From: Macrostomum hystrix
Taxonomy: Eukaryota; Animalia; Platyhelminthes
NCBI GenBank assembly: GCA_950097015.1
Contig: CATNEN010000003.1
Span: forward strand, 11,222,001-11,286,000
Direction of reading: 5' to 3'
DNA length: 64,000 nt
The notes beneath the pieces are model-generated. The model ran no database searches and was not told the DNA's origin. It saw only the letters and a list, made by a program, of their open reading frames with translations. Positions 1-13,230 of this stretch are shown piece after piece. The position numbers and the translations under genes are program-made. The first letter of the stretch is position 1. Each line of letters begins with the position of its first letter.

Positions 1-1990
1 GAGAGGGGAAGAGTGGAAGGAGAGGGGGAGAATGCGATGAGAGGGGAAGAGTGGAAGGAGAGGGGGAGAATGCGATGAGGGGAAGAGTGGAAGGAGAGGG
101 GGAGAATGCGATGAGAGGGGAAGAGTGGAAGGAGAGGGGGAGAATGCGATGAGAGGGGAATAGTGGAAGGAGAGGAGAATGAGATGAGAGGGGAATAGTG
201 GAAGGAGAGGGGGAGAATGCGATGAGATGGGAATAGTGGAAGGAGAGGGGGAGAATGCGATGAGAGGCGAAGAGTGGAAGGAGAGGGGGAGAATGCGATG
301 AGAGGGGAAGAGTGGAAGGAGAGGGGGAGAATGCGATGAGAGGGGAAGAGTGGAAGGAGAGGGGGAGAATGCAATGAGAGGGGAAGAGTGGAAGGAGAGG
401 GGAGAATGGGATGAGAGGGGAAGAGTGAAAGGAGAGGGGGAGACTGCGATGAGAGGGGAAGAGTGAAAGGAGAGGGGGAGAATGGGATGAGAGGGGAAGA
501 GTGGAAGGAGAGGGGGAGAATGCGATGAGAGGCGAAGAGTGGAAGGAGAGGGGGAGAGAATGGGATGACAGGGGAAGAGTGGAAGGGGAGGGGGAGAATG
601 CGATGAGAGGGGAATAGTGGAAGGAGAGGGGGAGAATGCGATGAGAGGGGAATAGTGGAAGGAGAGGGGGAGAATGCGATGAGAGGGGAATAGTGGAAGG
701 AGAGGAGAATGAGATGAGAGGGGAATAGTGGAAGGAGAGGGGGAGAATGCGATGAGAGGGGAATAGTGGAAGGAGAGGGGGAGAATGCGATGAGAGGGGA
801 AGAGTGGAAGGAGAGGAGAATGAGATGAGAGGGGAAGAGTGGAAGGAGAGGGGGAGAATGCGATGAGAGGGGAAGAGTGGAAGGAGAGGGGGAGAATGCG
901 ATGAGAGGAGAATAGTGGAAGGAGAGGAGAATGCGATGAGAGGGGAAGAGTGGAAGGAGAGGGGGAGAATGCGATGAGAGGGGAAGAGTGGAAGGAGAGG
1001 GGGAGAATGCGATGAGAGGGGAAGAGTGGAAGGAGAGGAGAATGAGATGAGAGGGGAATAGTGGAAGGAGAGGGGGAGAATGCGATGAGGGGAAGAGTGG
1101 AAGGAGAGGGGGAGAATGCGATGAGGGGAAGAGTGGAAGGAGAGGGGGAGAATGCGATGAGAGGGGAAGAGTGGAAGGAGAGGGGGAGAATGCGATGAGA
1201 GGGGAATAGTGGAAGGAGAGGAGAATGAGATGAGAGGGGAATAGTGGAAGGAGAGGGGGAGAATGCGATGAGAGGGGAAGAGTGGAAGGAGAGGAGAATG
1301 AGATGAGAGGGGAATAGTGGAAGGAGAGGGGGAGAATGCGATGAGAGGGGAATAGTGGAAGGAGAGGAGAATGAGATGAGAGGGGAATAGTGGAAGGAGA
1401 GGGGGAGAATGCGATGAGAGGGGAAGAGTGGAAGGAGAGGGGGAGAATGAGATGAGAGGGGAAGAGTGGAAGGAGAGGGGGAGAATGCGATGAGAGGGGA
1501 AGAGTGGAAGGAGAGGGGGAGAATGCGATGAGAGGGGAAGAGTGGAAGGAGAGGGGGAGAATGCGATGAGAGGGGAATAGTGGAAGGAGAGGGGGAGAAT
1601 GCGATGAGAGGGGAAGAGTGGAAGGAGAGGGGGAGAATGCGATGAGAGGGGAAGAGTGGAAGGAGAGGGGGAGAATGCGATGAGATGGGAATAGTGGAAG
1701 GAGAGGGGGAGAATGGGATGAGAGGGGAAGAGTGGAAGGAGAGGGGGAGAATGCGATGAGAGGCGAAGAGTGGAAGGAGAGGGGAGAGAATGGGATGACA
1801 GGGGAAGAGTGGAAGGAGAGGGGGAGAATGCGATGAGATGGGAATAGTGGAAGGAGAGGGGGAGAATGGGATGAGAGGGGAAGAGTGGAAGGAGAGGGGG
1901 AGAATGCGATGAGAGGCGAAGAGTGGAAGGAGAGGGGAGAGAATGGGATGACAGGGGAAGAGTGGAAGGGGAGGGGGAGAATGGGATGAT
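1..1990. repeat. Purine-rich (GA) minisatellite, ~38-bp unit GAGAGGGGAAGAGTGGAAGGAGAGGGGGAGAATGCGAT, ~50 copies, runs off the left edge; probably within an eIF5 intron
   Basis: Tandem unit visible directly from position 1 to ~1990, with minor variants. Confidence 0.97.
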
Positions 1991-2788
1991 CAAGATGTGT
2001 GGAAGAGCTAAGAAAACGAAAAAAACTAAAAAAGGTTAAGGGGGAAATATTTACTAGGAAGGAGAGGAGGAAATAAATGTTATAGGCCATAGGGAGTGAA
2101 TATAAGTTTATGCCTACACTGTTACATTTTTGCACATAGACTTGACAAAGAACACAAACGTCATATTTAAATTAGCAACCTTTATAATAACATTTAAACG
2201 TCAGTAGCACGTCACTATCAATTGGACAGATAGAGAACTATTCTGTTTTGCTAACTACTAAACCTAAGGCTAGGCTAGGCATGCAAAAATCTAAAAGTAG
2301 ATCTAGACGAATGGGTAAAGACAGCAGTTAGGACACGCAATGACGCAGTTAGCACCCAAATATGGTAAGTGTAGAATAAGAAGATAAGATTCTAAAACAA
2401 TCCAACTGAATGTTTTTTCTCTGCGCGTTTCTTATATATTAAGCTTTACTAAACACACACGGAGCTAAGATAGAGTGATATAGAGTAATATTGTCGCCAT
2501 AAATATCCCACAAAAATTACACGCCTACTTCCGATTTTTAAGCTAAAAAAATAAGGTATTGAAGAATTGCAAATAGGAATAGAATGTCTTTAATTTTTTG
2601 CCTAACAAACTCAAAGTCAAACTGGCTGTATTTGAAATCCTAATCCTAATTATTCTAATCCAAATCCTAATTAATCCTAATCATAATTAGGACGATCCTA
2701 ATCAGGCTACTGGGGACACAAATTGTCTACGTAGGGGCTGACATTCGAACTCCCGACCTATCACTAGTCGGGAAGAGTACCTGAGTGT

Positions 2789-2790
<2 letters not shown>

Positions 2791-2824
<34 letters not shown>

Positions 2825-3110
2825 TGTTTGAAGGCTGCGGGCAGTGGCACATCATTTAGTGACACTAGACCCGCAGCCAGCGAGGAGGCAATTTTGCCTA
2901 TTTCACTGACTCCTGAGCACACACGCACACAGATACTGTACGCAGGCACACGCTCACACAGGTGTGTACATCTGCCCTGACTTTCTCATCGTCAGGCAGT
3001 GTACACTCTCACTGTGCTTTGGAGGTTGGCCATTAAGGTACAAGCCTCCACTCCGCGGCTTCGCCTCAGATAAATGTCTTTTCAATGCGGAATCGAGCTC
3101 AGGGTCTTCC
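2791..3110 (-). mobile_element. tRNA-derived SINE family A copy with (ATT)n tail
   Basis: Shares the core GACACTAGACCCGCAGCCAGCGAGG...GTGTACATCTGCCCTGACTTTCTCATCGTCAGGCAGTGTACAC with about nine other loci; (TAA)n run at 2791-2823 is the tail. Confidence 0.85.
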
Positions 3111-3219
3111 AGTGAAGATTCAGGGATTCGAACTCCCGACCTCATAAAAATATTAAGATGTAATATTTGGGCTGGAATTATATATGAATCATAAGGAGAA
3201 GGATAAATTGAAGACTCAC

Positions 3220-4816
3220 CGATTAGCCCTATCCTGTGGAGTCATTGCCAACAGATCGTCAGTTACGATCAGCCGCCTAATCGAATCCGGCAAATCTTCA
3301 ACGCCTTCTTCGCCAACAGCGGCACCATCCTCCCAGTCGCCGTTGTCGCTATCGAAACCATCGCCGTTGAAGTCGCCTTCATCGTCGCGATTATCAACGG
3401 CGGCCGCTTTCTCGTCGTTATTATCGTCGCTATTGCCGGCCTCCGGACTGCGGTCGGCGGCGGCGCCCGTTCCGGCCCGACGCTGCTTCCTGCCGGCTTT
3501 GCCACCGCCACCGCCAGATTTAGAGTTGGCCGCCAGGCCTAGGCCAGTTTCGTCTGGCGGATTCTTTATAATGAACTGAGTAGTGCGACTATTGTCAATG
3601 ATGGTGCCAACCGAGCCGCAGGCCTTGCATTTGGCGTACAGTTCGCCCTGTTTGCCGCGACTCTTTACTATGAGATCGGTTTCAGGATTCTCGCACTCGG
3701 AGCAGAGAACGTAGCTGCGGACACAGATATTTGTAACAGTTTTTCTTTTAATTTACATTTTAAGATGTGGCTTTGCGATGCGACCCTTTACTTCGCATCA
3801 CTTTACTTCACTCATATTCAAGAGAACTTTAGGTCTGGCAGCCTCAATACCAAATGATAAAAATAATTGCAGGACTGCCGGAGGGTTACGTCATTTGTTG
3901 ACAGTCGACCCGCAGCCAGCGAGGATGCAAATCTGCCCGTTCCGCAGATTCCTGAGCACACACGCACCCACACACAAGTGTGTACATCTACCTGACTTTC
4001 TTAATCGTCAGGCAGTGTACACTCTCACTGTGCCTTGGAGGGAAGAGTAGAAGGAGAGGGGAGAATGGGCTGAGAGGGGAAGAGTGGAAGGAGAGGGGGG
4101 AGAGAATGCGATGAGAGGGGAAGAGTGGAAGAAGGGGAGAGAATGGGATGAGAGGGGAAGAGTGTAAGAAGGGGAGAGAATGCGATGAGAGGGGAAGAGT
4201 GGAAGAAGGGGAGAGAATGCTATGAGAGGGGAAGAGTGGAAGAAGGGGAGAGAATGGGCTGAGAGGGGAAGAGTGGAAGGAGAAGGGGTGAGAATGGGAT
4301 GAGAGAAGAGTGGAAGGAGAGGGGGAATGTGATGATAGAGGAAAAGTGGAAGGAGAGGGAGAGAGCCCCTGTAGGGTATAAATTGCACAAGCCCCCAAGC
4401 CTTCTCTACGCGGCTGCGCCAAAAATGAATGTGGCCTCGCCGCGGAATCGAGCTTAGGGACCTTGGTGCAATAGGCAAACGCGTTGAATGAAGCCTTAAG
4501 GAAAAAGTGTTGCTCGTCAGTCATCAACTCACCGTTTAATAAACCCGTCCAGTATAGTTTGCAGTTTCTCGCCATCGTGAGCGCCGTTGACAATATAGCG
4601 CTCGTTCTTCTGATCGAATTGTATCTGGGCGCCTAGTTCGGCGCCAAAGTATTTAGTTGGATAAATTGGCGGACGACATAGAGCCTTGCCAACCTCTTGC
4701 ATATTGACTATGACAGTCTTGATGCCGTTACCTTTGCCTTCAACTTTGGCAATAATTCGTGGCATTTTATAGCGATAGAAATCGTCGCTTACTTCACGAT
4801 TGACGTTAAGCGCCAT
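3220..4816 (-). CDS. eIF5: Eukaryotic translation initiation factor 5, 5' part (exons 4816-4533 and 3714-3220; remaining exons presumably left of the window)
   Basis: [39 protein letters not shown]...[12 protein letters not shown] is the eIF5 N-terminal GAP domain. A GT-AG intron (4532-3715) joins it to [15 protein letters not shown]...CKACG (C2-C2 zinc finger), then an acidic linker. Donor GTGAGT at 3219. Confidence 0.95.
3865..4500 (-). mobile_element. SINE family A copy in eIF5 intron 1, split by a GA minisatellite (~4041-4365)
   Basis: SINE sequence stops at ...GTGCCTTGGAGG (~4041) and resumes at GCCCCTGTAGGGTATAAATTGCACAAGCCCCCAAG (~4366). The intervening array has the same unit type as 1-1990. 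Confidence 0.85.
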
Positions 4817-6703
4817 TGTTCTAGGTTTCTTGATTGCTGGTTAGATTAAAAATATTGTATTGATTACCAAATCTAGCAGTTTAATATGCCTCAATGCAAG
4901 CTTTATATATTTTTCTCTAAATAAAATTGTACTTGTAGTTTTGTAAGATTTATTGGCGGTTGCTTGTGCGACAGTGTGTTAACGAGCTCTGTTTGGTTTC
5001 AGCTAAGCTCATAATCCGCAAATTTCAACGCTTTCTTCCGACTTGCCCAGTAAGCTTGAATCGCATGGAGTCCTTTACGTCGACTGTGGCGGCGCGTTTT
5101 GACTGCTGTGACGAAATACGGCATGCGATAATTAAATTGTCCCGCGCGATGGCTTAGCGAGCTGGATACAAAGTCCAGTTGGAACTGAAATGATGTTTTG
5201 TTTGGGTTGACTTGAGGGGATTGCATTTAAGAATCTCAATAATTGTGCCAACTAATCAAGGAAGTCTTTGTTGGGCGCTAACAAATGTCCTAGAGAAAAC
5301 TGTCAAAACAAAATTGATGTCTAGCCTATGCCAGCAGTTGCAGCAATGCTTAATGGACGATATGCAATATGCCAAACAGAATATTTCAAGACCTTAAGTA
5401 ATATCTGCTGATTCTGCTGCTATTTACCAGCCCAATATTTTATCATCCACCATTATGACTGATGAATGGCAAGCTCATGAGAGCTGACATAAAAATCAAC
5501 TTCTCACTTAATTTTGTTCATCCAAAATACAAATATGTGCAGACACAATCAGTTGACTTTATGTAGTGTCCATGTAAAAAGAATTGCTAACATATGCTTG
5601 GCACATATAAGGACTTATTTATATCATATCTCTCAGAATTCCAATTTCAGAGGGCTTGCCAGAATAAGGTGTTTGGCAACTTACTTTACTGAATTCAGCA
5701 GTATAATTTTATTTTATAATAGCATGTTTACACCATTTGTTACTCATTTGCTCATCCAGTTTATAAGATAGATACAGTATGAACTTCCTAAATTATATAT
5801 TTGCTATAATAATGGTATTAGGATGTGTTGTAGGCCTAATGGAAACTGTAAATTAGTATAACTTAAAATTCCAACTAATATACAAAAATATTTGTTGTTA
5901 CTATTTTAATATTGTTCTAACCTATTCAATTAAAATATTTTTAGTAGTAGTAACTACTTAATTTTATTTTTACTTTATTTAATGTTTGAGTCAGTATTTA
6001 AACTATACCTTTTTGCATTCTAGTTGGTTATTTTTGCAATCAAGTTGGACAGACTGCTGAGGCTCAGACTGCGCTAAATTGCCTGCAATCGAATGTAGGA
6101 TTGACCATAGACAGCCAAGTCTTTTGCACTCTAGTTGGTCTTTTTTGCGTTCTATTTGGACAAAAATCTCTTCCCTACTCCTGTCCTCTCTGTCTCTTCA
6201 GTCATCATGGGTGAGCGTTGCCCGTATTTGAAAATTAATGCTGTTGATAGACTGAGGCTGATCACTGCCTACGAGGAGGACTCTGATTGGAGGACATTGG
6301 CTCAGCAACTGGGCATCAAGCACACAACAGCAAGCAACATCATCCACGCGTATACGCAGTTTGTCGTCTCCGGCTGCACAGGGCGGCAGCAATAGCGGCT
6401 GGTCTCACGTTGCACCAACATAGGATGCACATCCTGAAGGGCCATTTTCATGCAGCGATACCAGAGATCACACCATTCAAATGTCTGCAGTGGATCAATC
6501 ACAGTGTCACTTATATTTAGAGGTGCCTGGATTGTGCCAACATTTTTGAGTGATTAGCAAGCCAGATATTGTGGATTGGTGCAAACCCTGAGTCTATATC
6601 TGCATAACGTCATTCTTAGTTAATGTTTGTTTATTGTCACTGTAACTGTTGCCATTGCCTCTCTACCTGCCTGATTACAGTTTTTTCTTTTGTTCCTGAT
6701 GCC

Positions 6704-8506
6704 GGCGATTTCTTAGTTTCCCGTGTTAAATTATTTTTTTTGCTTTTTTCAGCTGATCATGGCCGGTACGCTGTTTCATTGTTGACCCACACCTTCTGAG
6801 GCCCACCATTGAGCTCTGCGACCTTGACGTGAACCATCGGGAGCTGACTGTCCTCACTGGTGAGACGGGAGTGGAGTGGCTCGCTACATATGGCCTACTG
6901 CAAAATTCAATGGAGTGCCCTCATTGCGTAGGCAAACAGTGTGGCTACCAACATCGAGCTGGTCGTGACTACGTCGATGGTGTCTGCTGGGCATACAAGA
7001 CCTGCAGGAGGCAACGGTCAATTTGACTGGGCTCCTTCTTTGAAGGTAGTCACCTGACTCTAGTGCAGCTCATTGACATCGTATACTTCTGGGCTGCCAA
7101 TGTGTGTCAGACAGATGCAGCTCACGAGACGCGGACTGCACTGAACACAATAACGGACTGGTTTAATGGACGGATCATCACGGATCAGTGGGCCGGCTAC
7201 AATGCACTACCCGGAAACCACGCCACAGTGAACCACTCGCTCCACTTCTGCAACCCCAATGACCCAACAATCCACACCAACCTGGTCAAAGGCATGTGGG
7301 GGAACTGCAAGGCGAAATTCCGCGCCATGCATGGTATGAGTGACAAGCTCTTTGACACGTACCTGCAAGAGTACATGTGGCGCCGCCACATGTGGGGGCA
7401 TGTGGGGGAACTGCAAGGCAAAATTCCGCACCATGCATGGTACGAGTGACAAGCTGTTTGACACGTACCTGCAAGAGTACATGTGGCGCCGCCAGTTTCT
7501 GCACAAGCAGTTTGGCAACATCATGTTCTGGATTGCGCACTACTACCCCGCTGTCTGACATCCCATCTATGGCCCCTGGACTTTTATATATGGACTTGGA
7601 CTTCTTATTGCTTAATTGCTTATTGCTTGGACTTACAAAATAATCCCGTGTAAAAGTTTTAGCGAGTTAACGCGCTCAAAAAAGAATCTAACAGCGTGCA
7701 AAATACACCGAGTTTATGTTCCTGCACTCGCTTATTTTCGCACGGTGCTGACTCGCTGAAAGCAGTTTTTGTAAAAATTCTCTCGCTCATTCTCGCGCTC
7801 ATTCTATCGCTACTGTAACTCGCTCATTCTCTCGCTCATTCTCTCGCTCATTCTTTCGCTCATTCTCGCGCTCATTCTCTCGCTCATTCTCTCGCTCATT
7901 CTCACGCTTATTCTCGCGCTACTGTAACTCGCTCAGTCTCTCGCTCATTCTCTCGCTCATTCTCTCGCTACTGTAACTCGCTCAGTCTCTCGCTCATTCT
8001 CTCGCTCATTCTCTCGCTCATTCTCTCGCTACTGTAACTCGCTCAGTCTCTCGCTCATTCTCTCGCTACTGTAACTCGCTCAGTCTCTCGCAACTGTAAC
8101 TCGCTTATTCTCTCGCTACTGTAACTCGCTCATTCTCTCGCAACTGTAACTCGCTCATTCTCTCGCTACTGTAACTCGCTCAGTCTCTCGCAACTGTAAC
8201 TCGCTTATTCTCTCGCTACTGTAACTCGCTCATTCTCTCGCAACTGTAACTCGCTCAGTCTCTCGCAACTGTAACTCGCTCATTCTCTCGCTACTGTAAC
8301 TCGCTCATTCTCTCGCTCATTCTCTCGCTCATTCTTTCGCTCATTCTCGCGCTACTGTAACTCGCTCATTCTCTCGCTCATTCTCTCGCTCATTCTCGCA
8401 CTCATTCTCTCGCTACTGTAACTCGCTCATTCTCTCGCTCATTTCCCATCCATAGACTTGACGCGTCTAGTTAAATTAATTTAACGCGGGAAACTAAGAA
8501 ATCGCC
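6704..8506 (+). mobile_element. Merlin (IS1595/ISXO2-like) DNA transposon, defective
   Basis: ~30-bp TIRs GGCGATTTCTTAGTTTCCCG(T/C)GTTAAATTA and a perfect 9-bp TSD CCTGATGCC (6695-6703, 8507-8515). Transposase remnants: zinc ribbon CPHC, GSFFEGSHL, IITDQWAGYNAL, HATVNHSLHF, HTNLVKGMWGNCK, YLQEYMWRR. Has a stop, an internal deletion and a ~100-bp duplication. Confidence 0.92.
7780..8442. repeat. Mixed 12/19-bp tandem repeat (CTCTCGCTCATT / CTACTGTAACTCG) inside the Merlin element
   Basis: Visible tandem array between the transposase stop and the right TIR. Confidence 0.9.
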
Positions 8507-8738
8507 CCTGATGCCAATTCTATCCTAGCTAAGTCTTGTCCAAATAGAATGCAAAAAAGACCAACTAGAGCGCAAAAGACTTGGCTGTCTATGGTCAATC
8601 CTACATTTGATTGCAGGCGATTTAGCGCAGTCTGAGCCTCAGCAGTCTGTCCAACTTGATTGCAAATATAACCAACTAGAATGCAAAAAGGTATATTATT
8701 CAATAGAGCTAAATGTCTCTTTTAAAATTTACTTATAT

Positions 8739-11387
8739 GGGTAATTCCATGAGAAGGTCATCAATGGGACATAATTTTTTTGCTATATTTAAAAAATGTT
8801 ATATTTCTAACAAGTAAATAATTATATATAGTTTTATGTTTAAGTAGTTTTAAACATATTTATCTACCTTTAGGTTTATATTTTTTGTTTTGATCATACT
8901 ACCCCTACAATCATTTCAATGTTCTGCGGGACATTATAAAAAGTGAATATAGTTTTCATTAAGGAACTAATTAGTCTTAAATTTAACTCAGAGAATATAA
9001 ATAGAAAAATAAAGAAACTTTATTATATCTAAAACTGAAATAAAAAAGTTTTATGACCTAATATATTTCTTTTTATCATAACTTTTGTTTTGAAAAGTTA
9101 AGGCTTTGCTTTTTAAAAGAGTAAAAAACGACCATCATTTTTTTAATGAAAAGTTGTTTTACCAAGTTCAAAAGGCTTGTGAAGTGATTTTTTTGCTAAA
9201 ATATTTTATTAGCCTATATCTATGAGCGTAAGTTAAATTTTCTTTTTTGTTAGCATGTGATTAGTTTAATATGCTTAAAAAAACCCTGCAAAGTTACCCA
9301 ACGACCATCATTTCCTGGCATTCTTAAAACCTGTATATATTCAGAAAACATTAATACTGTTCTCAAGTTGTGTATTTTTAATCCATTTTTCTTGTAAAAG
9401 GTTCTTGTGTCAATTTTAAAGACAATACATGTTCTTTGAATTTAAGCCTTTAAGAGAAACCTTTATCTTTATTTCATCTTATTTTAAATGGATGCCTTAA
9501 ATTAATTTTCGAAATGTACTATTAAAGTTGGTCCAAATTACTAGCCATGCACCTTGCACTTTTAAATTTACTTTGCACTGCACGCCCCAATTAATGCATG
9601 CCCCAATCTTCAGCAAAATTAGAAAGCTACTTAACAGGTATTCTCTCGATTACTACCATGCCATGCCCTAAAAAAGTCAGGCGATAAATAGTTTTCTACT
9701 ATATAGATAATAGGTTTTCTACACCAGGCCAGCGGGTCCAGTTCTGGAGCGACGGCCCTGCGAGCCAATTTAAGAACAAGTTCATGTTCCACTTTACTGA
9801 ATTGGCATGCTGCGAGTTCGAGCTTGCCGAGCTGTCATGGGAGTTCTTTGCCACCTCTCATGGCAAGGGGGCTATTGATGGCCTCGGTGGAACTCTGAAG
9901 CGCTTTGCCTGGCGCGAAGTAAAAACTCGAAACGCTATCGTCCAGGATGCTGACGACTTTGTTTGGGTAGTTAAGAGGTGTGAAATTGACTGTCACCTAA
10001 TTAAAAAGTGTGACATCAAGCAGGAGTATGCTGATCAATTTCAACCAGCTCTTCAGGCCGCTCCTGAGGTAAATTGAAATAAATAATATTGGAACTCGGT
10101 AGCAGAAAATAATTTTAAGTTTAATGCGATTGAATTTACTAAAAGTCCATCCTCAATTCTGCTAACAGATTCCTGGCATAAAAAGCTGCACTGCTGGGTA
10201 GCTGCATCTTCAGCTCCGCGTGCAATAGGCTATGCGCTGTCAGGGGTGGCCAAAACTGCACTCAGCCCTGTACAGTTGTCTACCTGCCACCAAAACCCTG
10301 CAGCAGCCAGTTCAGCAGGCACCAGGCCTAAAACAGTGGACCTGCCTCCTGTTCAGCCAGGTTCCATTGCTTTGCAACTCACCATTGGCTGCTGGGCCCT
10401 TGTAAACTATTTCAGAGAGTCATTTCCAGGCCAAGTTGAGGAGATCAAATCTGGGCCAGAAATGGAGTGGAAAGTTAATGTGATGGTGAAGAGTGGTGGA
10501 AGCTTCACATGGCCTCGAAAAAAGGACTCAATCTATTATGCTGCCGAAGTCATCATCTTCATTTTGCAGCCCCCTGTTCCTGCCAACTCGTGTGGCCATT
10601 TTAAATTTTTTAATTGTTAAACTGCTTTAAGGACGTTTTTACTATCCATTGGTGCTTAGTCTGCTAATGGCCAATCAAACTATCTTTTTTGTTTAGTCAT
10701 ACTATACATTTGTTAATTGTCACATGCACAATTCCTTCTATCAACTGATTAGCCACCTTTATGATTATTGAGTCAGGCAATCTTGAAGTTTAATGTTTTG
10801 TTGAAGGTACGAGTACATGATGGTTTGATCTGAAATGGGAGATTAGTGTAATAAATTTTATGGTTAGAAAAGCATTAAATATTTGTATTAGAACTAATAT
10901 TAGTTATAAACAATCTTAAAACCACAATATTATCCAAAATATAGAGATTTATTATGCTGTTTTAAAAAATGATGGTCGTTTTTTGAAACAAACGACCGTC
11001 AGTCCAACGATCGTCATCTAAGAAAATGCATGCAACAAACTTAGAACTGGCTACTAACATGTGAAATTTGTTTATAACTGTTTATCTAGCTATTGTTTAC
11101 TACAACAAATGATTGATTGAGACAAAAACTTGCCTGATTCGCAGGAATCTTGAACTTCCCTTGAAAATTTGAATGTCAACTTTCACCAAAAAAACAACCA
11201 TCATTGAAAGTTTCTGTCTGCTACATTAACACAGTAAATAAAATTACTTTAAAATGTATATTATTTTAATCTAGAGGTCACACCCATCAATATAGAACAT
11301 AAAAAGTCTTGAGTTTGTTTGTCTTTGGTACAAATAATTATTATTATGTACACCAACACAATGACTGTTATCTCATGGAATTAGCCC
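8739..11387 (+). mobile_element. Defective DDE DNA transposon, Sola2-like, with intron-containing transposase remnant (~9720-10620)
   Basis: Inverted termini GGG(C)TAATTCCATGAGA; subterminal motif AACGACCATCATT repeated, inverted at ~10965. Protein motifs FWSDGPASQFKNKF, WEFFATSHGKGAIDGLGGTLKR, IPGIKS and C-terminal WALVNY...FTWPRKKDSIYY; GT-AG intron ~10069-10168. Superfamily assignment is from remembered motifs and no exact TSD is seen. Confidence 0.7.
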
Positions 11388-13230
11388 TATTAATTTAAAA
11401 AGTTGCAATAACCATAACCTTTATTAAACCTGATTTCTAATGTATAGTGTGGCACTTCATATGCTGTACATAAAAATCCTATAATAAAATAAAAATCCAA
11501 GTTTTCCTATGTTTACTTTATTTGGTAGTGCATATGAATAGGCTCCTATAATTGAATACCATAGATCTATTAATTCTATAATTAATTAAGCAGGGATATC
11601 AAAACAACTTCCAATCCCTAAAGTGGCATATTTTTGAAAATTCTGATTGATGTGATGTGCAATTAAGCAACATTGCTTGCTATTGTGTGGTATAGGCCTA
11701 GCATAATTGCTTTTGTTTTTACCTTTATGGTTAGACCCTATCAGGGTTGCATAGGCAAAATATGTTGTTTGCTTAGCATAGTGCTCTTTTGAGCCACAAT
11801 TTGACAGTTCCCTAGCACAAATCCATGAACTTTGTGGGAAAATTCAAATAGGGCTTTCAATTTTCTCTTATGGTTGGTGTAGTTTTGACTTATAGGTGAG
11901 GATGAGCTTATGTCAATTCCTGAGTAGGCCCTTTAAACTTGCTTTAGCATTACCAGTGCATTCAATAAAAAAGTGTGCAACTGCTTTTACTAGTAGTTAA
12001 TGTTCTATTTAAAATTAAAACTTTACTGCTTAACCGTTATTTTATCATTTAATATCAGATTAGCTGTGATAATTGTTGCACCTGCTGTCACAAAACCTGT
12101 ACTCAGTTAAACATTCAAGACAAACAAGGCCAACGACAATTAACCTAAAACGACTGCATGAAGTGCATACAAAGAGAAATTGTTCCATAGAGAAACAAAT
12201 TGAATATGTGCAAAAAATACATAAAATTACTAAAATTGGGTCTAACTTTAAGCAAGAACGATTTGATAGAAAAAACAAAAGGAGCCTACGACTCACTTCC
12301 ACTAGGGGCGAGAACCAATAAACAACACTATCAATAACCGATGGAACGATCATCTACAACATTCTACTACTTACACTCGAGCACACTGTAGTACAACATT
12401 GTACTGTTTGCTAGACAGTAAGTTTGCGTTACTGTTTGCGTTTGTTTGTTAGCAATTTGCTAGACTGTCTTGTCTTGTCGTTTAAAAACTTTATTATTGA
12501 GCAGAAACTAACAAATTAAAATACTATACAACAATAAAATGTTGGTTTTTTGTAAAACTTTCTTGTTTCACTCTTCTAATATACGAGCTTAATTTACTTA
12601 AATTCAGCTCCAAAGCAGGGAATGCCGCCCTCAACGACTGCCTAGCGTCCATGTATAAGCTTTTATTATATTGGCGACAAGCCGGCAAGCCTCCTTTCCG
12701 TGGCTTCGCCCTAGATCAAGTGGCCTTGCCACGGTATCAAGCTCAGGTACTGGCGTTTAAAACCGCCCTGCCACTCATACCCACCCCAATACATTCAGGG
12801 TCCATTTTTGTGTCGAGCAAGCGGTACGCACAAGCGGTAAACTCTGTGGCCACCGCGAACCAGCTAGGTTGCCGAATTCAACCAGTTGGGACTGGGGCAA
12901 ACTAGACTGATCAGAGGAGCACACCCAGGGATTCTCTATGAGGCTGGCATTTATGTGGGAGACCGATCGCGGCTATCCCAGCTGTCTTTTAGTAAATTTA
13001 TATTTTAGCCGTAATCTGACCTTATGGCTAGAGTTAGATTGATATAAAAGATTTGAGAATGACTGGTCAATTTCAGAGAATTGGGAATGCGTTTTTATTG
13101 AATTCAGAATAAGGTTTTATACATTAGGAATATGGTATTTCTGATAATTACTAAGTAAAGGTTAATTTTAGCATCTCTTACAGATTCGTCATCTGATTTA
13201 CAACATACCCATATAACATATTTTCGGGAG

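Larger units (their letters stand above)
6004..8695 (+). mobile_element. Internally deleted Tc1/IS630-like DNA transposon with ~160-bp TIRs and TA flanks; hosts a Merlin insertion
   Basis: 6006-6163 is the reverse complement of ~8537-8693, with TA on both sides. Residual ORF ~6207-6550 has an N-terminal HTH (DRLRLITAYEEDSDWRTLAQQLGIKHTTASNII) joined to a transposase-like C-terminus (HRMHILKGHFHAAIPEITPFKCLQWINHS); the catalytic core is missing. Confidence 0.75.

Noticed and set aside
2630-2706. Telomere-like (TTAGG/CCTAA) repeats
   Set aside because: Short, degenerate and interstitial; consistent with low-complexity sequence.
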